Below, piece after piece: positions 47,128-55,020 of a stretch of DNA of 64,000 bases. Origin of the DNA: Sphingomonadaceae bacterium (GTDB taxonomy: Bacteria; Pseudomonadota; Alphaproteobacteria; Sphingomonadales; Sphingomonadaceae). The position numbers and the translations under genes were made by a program. Below the pieces are notes generated by a model that worked only from the letters and a program-made list of their open reading frames with translations, did not search any database and was not told the DNA's origin. Position 1 is the stretch's first letter, and every line of letters starts with the position of its first letter. The DNA is taken from positions 2,055 to 66,054 of the forward strand of contig JAJUHA010000010.1 of assembly GCA_029268145.1 (NCBI GenBank), read 5' to 3'.

Positions 47128-48534
47128 TCAGATGGCGCGCAGCGCCGGGGCGGCCTGTTCGGGCGCCAGCATCAGCTCGGTCAGCGCCCACACCAGCGCA
47201 TCGGCCCGGTCGGGCGAGCTGCCGGGGCCGCGATAGGCCCCGCCGGTGATGAGCCCGCACAGCTGGTCCTCGAGCTCGGGGAAGGGCCGGGCATGGGCCA
47301 CCAGCCCGCGGGCATAGAGGGTGGCCACAGGTTCGGCGCGCGCCACCTTGCCGACGCTTGCGCGCACCGGCTTCAGCGGCAGCCTGCGGTGGCCTCCGGC
47401 CTCGAGCACGCTCTCGACCATCCGGCCGCCCTGGTTCACTTCCACGACGATGCAGTCGGCACGGTGCTGGGCATGGGCGTCGACCACCGCCTTCGCCCAG
47501 TCGTCGGGCGTCGCGTCGGGCACGCTCCGGTCCGAGAGCACATAGGCCCTGCCGCGCGTGTCGAGCCCGGCGACGATGATGCCGCAGGTGCCCGGGCCGG
47601 CCGGCGGGTCGACTCCCACCACCACCCGCGCCAGCTCGCCCTCGGGCGCCATCCGGCAGCGCTCGAGCGCGTCCCGGCTCCACAGCGCGCCCTCGATCCG
47701 CTCGAGCAGCTCGCCGGCAAGCTCCTGCCGGCCAAGCGCCGTGCCGCCATAGCCCGCCTCCATGTCGGCGAGGTAGGAGGCGGGCAGGTTGATCCGGTTG
47801 TCGAAGGTCGAGCCGCGGGTGAGCACGACTCCCTCCATCCGGGTCAGGCTCCGCAGGAAGGCGGTCGGGCGCGGCGTCGTCGTCACCACCACCCGCGGCC
47901 GCACGCCCAGCCTCAGGCACATCCGCAGATTGTCCCAGGCCTCGCGCGGCCGGCTCCAGGCGGCGATCTCGTCGCACCAGGCGGCATGGAACTGCGGCCC
48001 CCGCAGCGCGTCGGCTTCGCCGGCCGAGAACAGCGTCGCCATCGCGCCATTGGGCCAGTGCAGCTCGCGCTTGGAGCGCAGGAACAGCGGCCGGTTGCCC
48101 TCGACCGCCGTGCCGAGGATCCCGGATTCGCCGCGCACCATCACCGCCTCGGCGTCATGGAGGGTCGTCCCCACCAGCGCAATCCGGCAGCCGGGCGTGG
48201 TCAGCGCCTGCCGGTTCACCCACTCGGCACCGGCGCGCGTCTTGCCGAAGCCGCGCCCGGCGAGGATGAGCCACACCGCCCAGTCGCCGGCGGGCGCCAG
48301 CTGTGCCGGGCGCGCCCGGAACCGCCAGTCGTTCAGAAGCCGCCACTGGTCCTCCAGCGGCACGTCGGCAAGGCACGCCGCGCGCGCCTCGCGCGGCAGG
48401 AGCGCCAGGCGCTCGATGAGCGAAAGCCCCGAGCGCGCGCCACCCGCCGCCACGTCCCCATCGCCCACAGGCCGTTCTCCGCCGCGACCCCGCCGGCTCC
48501 CCACCGGATCCGAAAAGGGCGCCGCCGCGGACAT
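47128..48534 (-). CDS. GTA g2-like terminase large subunit
   Basis: 468 aa from ATG 48534. Walker A LILAGRGFGKTRAG; nuclease-half motifs VGVDPP...IIVAG. The track ORF starts at TTG 48672, but that leader has poor GC3 and a W/R-rich sequence. Confidence 0.9.
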   Translation of the reverse strand: MSAAAPFSDPVGSRRGRGGERPVGDGDVAAGGARSGLSLIERLALLPREARAACLADVPLEDQWRLLNDWRFRARPAQLAPAGDWAVWLILAGRGFGKTRAGAEWVNRQALTTPGCRIALVGTTLHDAEAVMVRGESGILGTAVEGNRPLFLRSKRELHWPNGAMATLFSAGEADALRGPQFHAAWCDEIAAWSRPREAWDNLRMCLRLGVRPRVVVTTTPRPTAFLRSLTRMEGVVLTRGSTFDNRINLPASYLADMEAGYGGTALGRQELAGELLERIEGALWSRDALERCRMAPEGELARVVVGVDPPAGPGTCGIIVAGLDTRGRAYVLSDRSVPDATPDDWAKAVVDAHAQHRADCIVVEVNQGGRMVESVLEAGGHRRLPLKPVRASVGKVARAEPVATLYARGLVAHARPFPELEDQLCGLITGGAYRGPGSSPDRADALVWALTELMLAPEQAAPALRAI

Positions 48535-48668
48535 CGGCTGACATCCGCGGCGGCGACAGGAGCCCCGGCCGGTCCGGATTCCAGACGGGCCAGGGCGTTC
48601 GGGAGGGGAGGCGCTCCAGACCCAATTCCGGAGCGTGGCCGAATCTCTATACCATACCGTCACGCTTG

Positions 48669-49172
48669 TCAAGCATAGATTTGACCATTTTGGTTCTCAT
48701 AATGCGCCGCAAGCCGATCCAGCGCCAGCCCCAGCACCAGCTTGCCCGATCGCACCGGCCAGCCGAGGCCGCGTTCCGCCGCCTCCAGCCCCTCGCCGGC
48801 GCACACCACGCGCCACAGGATGTCGGACAGCCCGGGCCCCACGGCATCCATCGCGGCGTGAAACCGTGACCGCGCCGCCGCGCTCCCCAGGGCCTGGGCT
48901 TCGGCGCCCCGGCCGCAGCCGCGGTCGCGCGGCGCCGCCAGATCCCAGCGCATGGTCACCCGCGCCCCCAGCTGCGCGGCGTGGTGGTCCCGCCGCAGCC
49001 GCTCGCCCGCCGCGACCTGGCGCCCGTCCAGAAGCCTGCGCCGGAACAGCCAGTCGAGCGGCGATTCGTCGAGGTTCACATGCACCAGCTGCCGGTCCAC
49101 CGCGTCCGCCGGCGCCAGCCGACGCCTGCCGATGGTCCGATTCGGATACGCCTTCGGGTCGATCACCTGCAT
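48669..49172 (-). CDS. hypothetical protein at the g1 (small-terminase/regulator) position of the GTA cluster
   Basis: 167 aa; ATG 49172 is preceded by GAGAGGAG. The AGERLRRDHHAAQLGARVTMRWD motif and a C-terminal HTH-like segment (GWPVRSGKLVLGLALDRLAAHY) possibly indicate a DUF6456-type protein (from memory, unverified). Confidence 0.55.
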   Translation of the reverse strand: MQVIDPKAYPNRTIGRRRLAPADAVDRQLVHVNLDESPLDWLFRRRLLDGRQVAAGERLRRDHHAAQLGARVTMRWDLAAPRDRGCGRGAEAQALGSAAARSRFHAAMDAVGPGLSDILWRVVCAGEGLEAAERGLGWPVRSGKLVLGLALDRLAAHYENQNGQIYA

Positions 49173-49198
49173 CTCCTCTCGACAGTCCCGCAGTCATG

Positions 49199-49248
49199 TG
49201 CCACATTGGCAAAACTGTAGGAAATAGCCTACCCAGTTTCACAGTTTC
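49199..49248. promoter_or_regulatory. low-GC divergent promoter/operator region with repeated motifs
   Basis: TGCCA-cat-TGGCA inverted repeat (49199-49211). AAACTG (49212-49217) faces two direct CAGTTTC copies (49234-49240, 49242-49248). About 47% G+C over 49191-49250 by my count. Confidence 0.5.
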
Positions 49249-49299
49249 GGGGACGGCGAGGCCGGGCGGGCAAGCGGGGGATCAGGGAGGCGGAGGATC

Positions 49300-49863
49300 A
49301 TGACGTCACGTCTGCGCGAGCTTCGCAAGGCCCGTGGCCTCACGCTCGCCGAACTCGCTGCCCGCTGCGATCCGCCGACCACTGCAGTCACCATCGGCCG
49401 CCTCGAGACCGGGATGCGCCAGCTGTCGCTGCCCTGGATGGAGCGGATCGCCGCCGCGCTCGGGATCGCCCCGGCGGACCTGCTGCCGTCGCAGTCGGCC
49501 TCCAGCCTCCCGGTCGCCGCCGTCCTCGGCCGCGACGGCCCGGTCGCGCCTTCCGCCCCGCAGACGGCGCCGGTCCCGGTCCCGGTCGCCGGCGCCATCG
49601 CGCTCCTCGTCCAGGCCTCCGCCGGCGACTATCGCGCCGGCGACACGCTGTGGCTCGAGCAGCTCCCGCCCGAACGTTTCGCCGAGGCGGTCAACACCGA
49701 CGTGCTCGCCCCCCGGCCGGTCGGCCGCTTCGCCTTCGGCCGGCTGGCCGCGGTCGAGGGCACGCGGCTCCAGATCCTGCCGCCCGCGCCGGGCAGCCGC
49801 CAGCTCATCGTCGCCGACCCGCCCTGGCTCGGCCGCGCCATCACCCTCGTCCGCCGCCTCTGA
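49300..49863 (+). CDS. XRE/cI-type HTH transcriptional regulator with a LexA/S24-like (apparently non-catalytic) C-terminal domain
   Basis: 187 aa; ATG is preceded by GGAGG. N-terminal LRELRKARGLTLAELAARCD...IGRLETGMRQLSLPWMERIAAALGI is a Cro/C1 HTH. The C-terminal part (GDYRAGDTLWLE...FAFGRL...LQILP) is beta-rich, and no GDSM motif was seen. Confidence 0.75.
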   Translation: MTSRLRELRKARGLTLAELAARCDPPTTAVTIGRLETGMRQLSLPWMERIAAALGIAPADLLPSQSASSLPVAAVLGRDGPVAPSAPQTAPVPVPVAGAIALLVQASAGDYRAGDTLWLEQLPPERFAEAVNTDVLAPRPVGRFAFGRLAAVEGTRLQILPPAPGSRQLIVADPPWLGRAITLVRRL

Positions 49864-49896
49864 TCCCCCCGCCCCCCGGGGCCGCCGCCGGGCCGC

Positions 49897-50451
49897 CTAC
49901 AGCCGCGGCAGGGTCACGCCGCGCTGGCCCTGGTACTTCCCGGCCCGGTCGGCATAGCTCGTCTCGCACAGCCCCTCGCCCTTCAGGAACAGGAACTGGC
50001 AGGCGCCCTCGTTGGCATAGATCTTCGCCGGCAGCGGCGTCGTGTTCGAGAATTCGAGCGTCACATGCCCCTCCCACTCGGGCTCCAGCGGCGTCACGTT
50101 CACGATGATTCCGCACCGGGCATAGGTGCTCTTGCCGAGGCAGATGACCAGCACGTCGCGCGGAATCCGGAAATACTCGACGGTCCGCGCCAGCACGAAG
50201 GAATTGGGCGGAATCACGCACACGTCCTGCCGCCGGTCGACGAAGCTCGCCGCCGAGAAGGCCTTGGGGTCCACCAGCGCATTGTCCACATTGGTGAAGA
50301 TCTTGAACTCGTCGGCCACGCGCGCGTCATAGCCGTAGGAGGAAAGCCCGAAGGAGATGCAGCCCTCGCGCCGCTGCGCCTCGACGAAGGGCTCGATCAT
50401 CCCCCGCGTCAGCGCCTGGGTGCGGATCCAGCTGTCCGGCATCACGCCCAT
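49897..50451 (-). CDS. dcd: dCTP deaminase
   Basis: 184 aa; [37 protein letters not shown] and [14 protein letters not shown] are classic Dcd motifs. Confidence 0.95.
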   Translation of the reverse strand: MGVMPDSWIRTQALTRGMIEPFVEAQRREGCISFGLSSYGYDARVADEFKIFTNVDNALVDPKAFSAASFVDRRQDVCVIPPNSFVLARTVEYFRIPRDVLVICLGKSTYARCGIIVNVTPLEPEWEGHVTLEFSNTTPLPAKIYANEGACQFLFLKGEGLCETSYADRAGKYQGQRGVTLPRL

Positions 50452-50473
50452 GCCCGTCCCCTTCCCTCGCCGC

Positions 50474-50950
50474 TCACTGGCGGATGTGCAGCACGCAGAT
50501 CAGCGTGAACAGCCGCCGCGCCGTGTCGAAATCCATCTCCACCCTGCCCTCGAGCCGCTCGAGCAGCAGGGTCGCCGCATCGTTGTGGATTGCCCGCCGC
50601 GCCATGTCGATCGTCTCGATGGCGCTCGGGCTCGCGTTGCGGATGGCCTTGTAGTAGCTGTCGCAGATCGCGAAATACTCCCGCACGGTCCGGCGGAAGG
50701 GGGCAAGCCCCAGCTGCACCGAACCCAGCGGCTCCTTCGCCTCGTCGGCGAGATCCATCACCAGCCGCCCCTCCTCCACCCGCAGGAGCAGCCGGTAGGG
50801 CCCGTCGTGCGCGATCCCGAGCGGCCGGAAGCAGTTGCCCTCGAGCAGGTCGAAGATCGCCACCCGCCGTTCCTGCTCGACATCGGCGTTCCGCCAGATG
50901 ACGGTGCGCTCGTCGAGCTCGATCGCGATGATCCGGTGGCTGTCCAGCAA
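50474..50950 (-). CDS. UPF0262 family protein
   Basis: 158 aa, TTG start. [19 protein letters not shown] is the UPF0262 signature. Confidence 0.8.
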   Translation of the reverse strand: MLDSHRIIAIELDERTVIWRNADVEQERRVAIFDLLEGNCFRPLGIAHDGPYRLLLRVEEGRLVMDLADEAKEPLGSVQLGLAPFRRTVREYFAICDSYYKAIRNASPSAIETIDMARRAIHNDAATLLLERLEGRVEMDFDTARRLFTLICVLHIRQ

Positions 50951-51040
50951 GGCCCGCTGCTTCCGTGTCCCCGTCCTGCCTAGGGGCTTGGCCCGGGCTC
51001 GTGCAAGCGATGGCGCCCCGGCGTGCCCGCCGCTGCGGCC

Positions 51041-51775
51041 TCAGAAGGCGGGCTCGCTCCCCGGCGGCGCGTGGATGCCGCATTCGGTCTTGTCCCAGCC
51101 GCGCCAGCGGCCGGCGCGCGGGTCCTCGCCGGGCTGCACCTTCGTCGTGCAGGGCTGGCAGCCGATCGAGGGATAGCCTTCCGCCACCAGCGGGTGCGGC
51201 GGCAGCCGCCGCTCGGCCGCCCGCGCGGCGAGCATCGCGGCCGACCAGTCGGCCAGCGGGTTCACCTTGAGGCGCACGCCGTCGGCCTCCACCTTGGCGA
51301 GGCGGGCGCGCGTGTCCGCCTGGAACCGCTTGCGCCCCGAGATCCAGCTGTCGAACGCCTGAAGCGCCCCGGCCAGCGGCAGCACCTTGCGCACCTCGCA
51401 GCACCCGTCCGGGTCGTAGCTCCACCGAAGCCCCTTCCCGTCCACCCGGGCAAGCGCGTCGGGGTCGGGCGAGATCCAGCGCACGTCCCGAAGCCCGAGG
51501 TGCGCGGAAAGGTCCCGGGCATAGGCCAGCGTCTCGACGAACAGCCGCCCGGTGTCCACGAACAGCACCGGCACCGCCGGGTTCACTTCGGCCACCAGGT
51601 CGAGGAGCACGGCCGATTCCGCCCCGAAGGAGGAGACGACCGCCACCCGCCCCCAGGCCGCGTCGCCGAGCACGGCGGCGATCAGCGCCTCGGCCGACGC
51701 GTTGGCGGCGTGCGCGGCGAGCCAGCCGGCGTCCGCCGGTCCGTAGCGCTTTCCCTCAGCCCTTTGCGTGGCCAT
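51041..51775 (-). CDS. cysH: phosphoadenylyl-sulfate (PAPS/APS) reductase
   Basis: 244 aa; SFGAESAVLL, CCEVRKVLPL and the C-terminal GCQPCT. Confidence 0.9.
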   Translation of the reverse strand: MATQRAEGKRYGPADAGWLAAHAANASAEALIAAVLGDAAWGRVAVVSSFGAESAVLLDLVAEVNPAVPVLFVDTGRLFVETLAYARDLSAHLGLRDVRWISPDPDALARVDGKGLRWSYDPDGCCEVRKVLPLAGALQAFDSWISGRKRFQADTRARLAKVEADGVRLKVNPLADWSAAMLAARAAERRLPPHPLVAEGYPSIGCQPCTTKVQPGEDPRAGRWRGWDKTECGIHAPPGSEPAF

Positions 51776-52148
51776 GCCGCACGTCGAAGGCCGCGGCGCT
51801 GCCGTCGGCCCCCCGTTGGTAGAAGACGCGCCAGCGCGCCAGCGCGGCGCGGGCGGCCTCGGGGTCGATCGGCCGGTCGGGCGCCACCGAGGAGAAGCCG
51901 GCCCGCTTCAGGAAGACGAGCTGGTCGACCGTCACGTCGCCCACCGCGCGCAGGTCGCCGGCGAACCCCATCTCGCGCAGGATCCGCGCCGAGGAATAGC
52001 CCCGCCCCTCGCGGAAGCGCGGGAAGGCGACGCCGATGATGCCGAGGTTGTGCAGCCCGCCATGGGCGCGGACATCCTCGGCCGGCTCCACCACCAGCTC
52101 CGGCGCCCCGTCGCGCGCGCGCGCATCGAGCGCCAGCACCTCAGCCAT
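51756..52148 (-). CDS. DUF934 domain protein (sulfite-reductase-associated)
   Basis: 130 aa from ATG 52148. FPRFREGRGYSSARILRE motif. Overlaps the cysI stop and the cysH start. Confidence 0.75.
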   Translation of the reverse strand: MAEVLALDARARDGAPELVVEPAEDVRAHGGLHNLGIIGVAFPRFREGRGYSSARILREMGFAGDLRAVGDVTVDQLVFLKRAGFSSVAPDRPIDPEAARAALARWRVFYQRGADGSAAAFDVRHGHAKG

Positions 52149-53772
52149 AGACCGCCTCCTTGAACGGCTTCGCCCCGATCCGCCGGAAGGTGTCGAGGAA
52201 CCGCTCGCCCGCCTGCCGCTCGCGGAGGTAGACATCGGTCACGGTCGCAACGGCCGCGACCACCCCGTCCTCGGTGAAGCCCGGCCCCAGGATCTGTGCG
52301 ATGCTCGCATCCTCCGCCCCCGAGCCGCCGAGCAGCAGCTGGTAATTCTCCACGCCCTTCCGGTCGACGCCGAGGATCCCGATGTGCCCGGCATGGTGGT
52401 GGCCGCAGGCGTTGATGCAGCCCGAGACCTTGATCTTCAGCTCGCCGAGCTCCGCCTCCCGGTCGCGCAGCCGCTCCGCCACCTTCATCGCCACGGGGAT
52501 CGAGCGCGCGTTGGCCAGCGTGCAATAGTCGAGCCCGGGGCAGGAGATGACGTCGGTCGCAAGGTCGAGATTGGCCTCGGCCAGCCCGACCGCGGCAAGC
52601 CCGTCGAACACCGCGCGCAGATCCGCCGCCGGCACATGCGCCAGCACCAGGTTCTGCGCGTGCGTCACCCGCACCTCGTCGAAGCTGTGGCGCTCGGCAA
52701 GGTCGGCCACCGCCTCCATCTGCTCGGCGCTGGCATCGCCGGGAATGCCGCCCCGGGGCTTCAGGCTCACGTTGACGATCCGGTAGCCCGGCACCTTGTG
52801 CGGCTTCACCTGGCGGCGCAGCCAGCGCGAAAACGCCGGATCGCCGCCGTCGTCGACCGTGTCGGGCAGCCCGCCCGCGAACGGCGGGTCGGCGAAGAAG
52901 GCGGCAATCCGCGCCACTTCCGCCTCGGGCGCGTCGATCCCGAGCGTCCGCACATGGGCATGCTCGGCCTCGACCGCCCGCGCGAACTCCTCCGCGCCAA
53001 GATCGTGGACCAGGATCTTGATCCGCGCCTTGTAGATATTGTCCCGCCGGCCGAAGCGGTTGTAGACCCTGAGGATGGCCTCGCAGTAGGAGAGGAACTC
53101 GGCCGCCGGCAGGAAGTCGCGGATCAGGGGGCCAACGAAGGGCGTGCGCCCCATCCCCCCGCCCACGAACACGCGAAAGCCGAGCGCCCCGCCGCCGTCG
53201 CGCACCAGCTGCAGGCCGATGTCGTGGAAGCGGATTGCCGCCCGGTCGGTCGCGCTTCCCGTCACCGCGATCTTGAACTTGCGCGGCAGGTAGCTGAACT
53301 CGGGGTGGAAGCTCGACCACTGCCGCAGCAGCTCGGCCCAGGGCCGGGGGTCGGCCACCTCGTCGGCGGCCGCGCCGGCATACTGGTCGGCCGAGATGTT
53401 CCTGATGCAGTTGCCGCTCGTCTGGATGGCGTGCATCTCGACCGAGGCGAGGTCGGCCAGAAGGTCGGGCGCCTCCTCGAGCCGGATCCAGTTGTACTGG
53501 ATGTTCTGCCGGGTCGTGAAATGGCCATAGCCCCGGTCGTAGCGCCGGGCCACATGGGCCAGCATCCGCAGCTGCCGCGACGAGAGCATCCCATAGGGAA
53601 TGGCCACGCGCAGCATGTAGGCATGGAGCTGGAGATAGAGCCCGTTCTTGAGCCGGAGCGGCTTGAAATGCTCCTCGTCGAGCGCCCCGGAAAGCCGCCG
53701 CTCCACCTGGTCGCGGAACTCGGCCACCCGCGCCTCGACGATGGCCCGGTCGATCGCGTCATAGCGGTACAT
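52141..53772 (-). CDS. cysI: sulfite reductase hemoprotein (nitrite/sulfite reductase family)
   Basis: 543 aa from ATG 53772. Siroheme/4Fe-4S motifs SCPGLDYCTLA and VSGCINACGHHH. Confidence 0.9.
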   Translation of the reverse strand: MYRYDAIDRAIVEARVAEFRDQVERRLSGALDEEHFKPLRLKNGLYLQLHAYMLRVAIPYGMLSSRQLRMLAHVARRYDRGYGHFTTRQNIQYNWIRLEEAPDLLADLASVEMHAIQTSGNCIRNISADQYAGAAADEVADPRPWAELLRQWSSFHPEFSYLPRKFKIAVTGSATDRAAIRFHDIGLQLVRDGGGALGFRVFVGGGMGRTPFVGPLIRDFLPAAEFLSYCEAILRVYNRFGRRDNIYKARIKILVHDLGAEEFARAVEAEHAHVRTLGIDAPEAEVARIAAFFADPPFAGGLPDTVDDGGDPAFSRWLRRQVKPHKVPGYRIVNVSLKPRGGIPGDASAEQMEAVADLAERHSFDEVRVTHAQNLVLAHVPAADLRAVFDGLAAVGLAEANLDLATDVISCPGLDYCTLANARSIPVAMKVAERLRDREAELGELKIKVSGCINACGHHHAGHIGILGVDRKGVENYQLLLGGSGAEDASIAQILGPGFTEDGVVAAVATVTDVYLRERQAGERFLDTFRRIGAKPFKEAVYG

Positions 53773-54056
53773 CAGCGCCAGTCCCTTCCCGCCCGGCCCA
53801 GATCGGGCCTGACCGTAGGGCCGAAGGCGCGGATCCGCTCGCGCACATGAAGCGGCCGCGGCCGCCCGTCCGGCCCGGGCTCGGCGTCCACCAGGGCGAG
53901 GTCGTTGACCTGCTCGGCCACCGCCTCGCGCGCCAGCAGCGCCTCGCCCTCCGCCGGCGCAAGCAGCACCGCCTCGGCCACGTCCGGGCTCCAGCGGTCG
54001 CCCGCCCACCAGATCACCTCGCCCGTGCGCGCGACATTGCCGGTTGCGAGCTTCAC
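53772..54056 (-). CDS. DUF2849 domain protein
   Basis: 94 aa from GTG 54056, which overlaps the cobA stop (GTGA). VKLATGNVARTGEVIWWAGDRWS pattern. Sits at the conserved position between cobA and cysI. Confidence 0.65.
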   Translation of the reverse strand: MKLATGNVARTGEVIWWAGDRWSPDVAEAVLLAPAEGEALLAREAVAEQVNDLALVDAEPGPDGRPRPLHVRERIRAFGPTVRPDLGRAGRDWR

Positions 54057-54898
54057 GCCGCCTGCTCCACTGCCGCCAGGGTCAGCCCGGCGAGGTCCAG
54101 CGCGGCAAGGCCCATCAGGTCCTCGGCATGGGCAAGGCCGGCCACCCGCCCCACCACGAGGAGCGCGGGGCTCGTCACGCCCGCGCGCACCACGGCATCG
54201 CCCAGGTCGGCCAGCAACGTCCTCAGCGCCCGGCTCCCGGGAAGCGTGCCGCGCTCGAGGATGGCAACCGGCATGTCGGGGGAAACCCCGTCCGCCATCA
54301 GCTTCTCGGCAATGGCGCCCGCCGTCGTCACGCCCATGTAGACGACGAGCGTCCGCCCCGGCCCGGCAAGCCCGCGCCAGTCCTGCTCGCGCAGGCCCTG
54401 GCACGTCCCGGCCACGAAGCTCACCGCCGAGGCATGGTCCCGGTGCGTCAGCGGCAGATGCACCTCCGCCGCGCAGCCGAGCGCTGCCGACACACCCGGC
54501 ACCACCTCGACCGGAACGCCGGCCGCCACACAGGCCGCCACCTCCTCGCCGCCGCGGCCGAAGACGAACGGGTCGCCCCCCTTGAGGCGCACCACCACCC
54601 GGCCCGCCCGCGCTTCCGCAACGAGGAGCGCGCAGATCGCCTCCTGCGGCACGCTGTGGCGGTCGCGCCGCTTGGCAACCGACACGCGCCGCGCCCCGGC
54701 CGGCGCAAAGTCCAGCACCCGCGCGTCGATGAGACCGTCGTGCACCACCACCTCGGCCCCGGCGAGCGCGCGCACGGCGCGCAGCGTGAGAAAATCGGGC
54801 GCACCCGGCCCGGCGCCCACCAGAATCACCCGGCCGGCAGGCCCCCGCGCCGGGGCCACCTGCTCCGCCTCCACCCGCGCTGCCGCTGGCTCGTCCAT
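54053..54898 (-). CDS. cobA: uroporphyrinogen-III C-methyltransferase (siroheme synthesis)
   Basis: 281 aa; VGAGPGAPDFLTLRA, LKGGDPFVFGRGGEE. Confidence 0.9.
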   Translation of the reverse strand: MDEPAAARVEAEQVAPARGPAGRVILVGAGPGAPDFLTLRAVRALAGAEVVVHDGLIDARVLDFAPAGARRVSVAKRRDRHSVPQEAICALLVAEARAGRVVVRLKGGDPFVFGRGGEEVAACVAAGVPVEVVPGVSAALGCAAEVHLPLTHRDHASAVSFVAGTCQGLREQDWRGLAGPGRTLVVYMGVTTAGAIAEKLMADGVSPDMPVAILERGTLPGSRALRTLLADLGDAVVRAGVTSPALLVVGRVAGLAHAEDLMGLAALDLAGLTLAAVEQAA

Positions 54899-55020
54899 GG
54901 CCGCCGCTTGCCCCGGAGACCCGGCTCCGCTCCAGCCAGACCATCTTGCCCCCCGCCAAGCCGGCCTACGCCAGCCGCCTCCCCTTGGCCTCGCGCCCCG
55001 GCGCGGAGTAAGGAGCCGCC

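Larger units (their letters stand above)
31325..49172 (-). mobile_element. RcGTA-type gene transfer agent (GTA) head-tail gene cluster, non-canonical variant
   Basis: Colinear g2-g15 gene order, very short tape measure, heavy translational coupling, and no integrase, replication or lysis module inside or at the edges. See the individual CDS entries. Confidence 0.8.

Noticed and set aside
48535-48672. TTG 48672 as the terminase start (the track's longest ORF)
   Set aside because: By my count the 46-codon leader has clearly poorer third-position GC than real genes here, and its peptide is rich in Trp and Arg. ATG 48534 gives a normal TerL N-terminus. I kept it as a possibility in the evidence text.
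45787-48678. 963-aa plus-strand ORF, and other plus-strand ORFs across the GTA cluster (for example 35661-37619, 40378-42369, 42529-43596)
   Set aside because: These lie antisense to recognisable portal, terminase and tail genes. They have no motifs and a low-complexity composition.
49197-49215. Possible sigma-54 promoter (TGGCAC...TGC) on the minus strand upstream of the GTA cluster
   Set aside because: The GG-to-GC spacing is one nucleotide short of the -24/-12 consensus, and the -12 element is CTGC rather than TTGC.
31325-49863. Interpretation as an intact or cryptic temperate prophage (because of the adjacent cI-like regulator)
   Set aside because: I recognised no integrase, excisionase, replication, anti-repressor or lysis cassette and no att-like repeats. 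The tape measure is far too short for a typical siphovirus. The gene order matches GTA clusters. A highly reduced prophage cannot be strictly excluded without comparative data.
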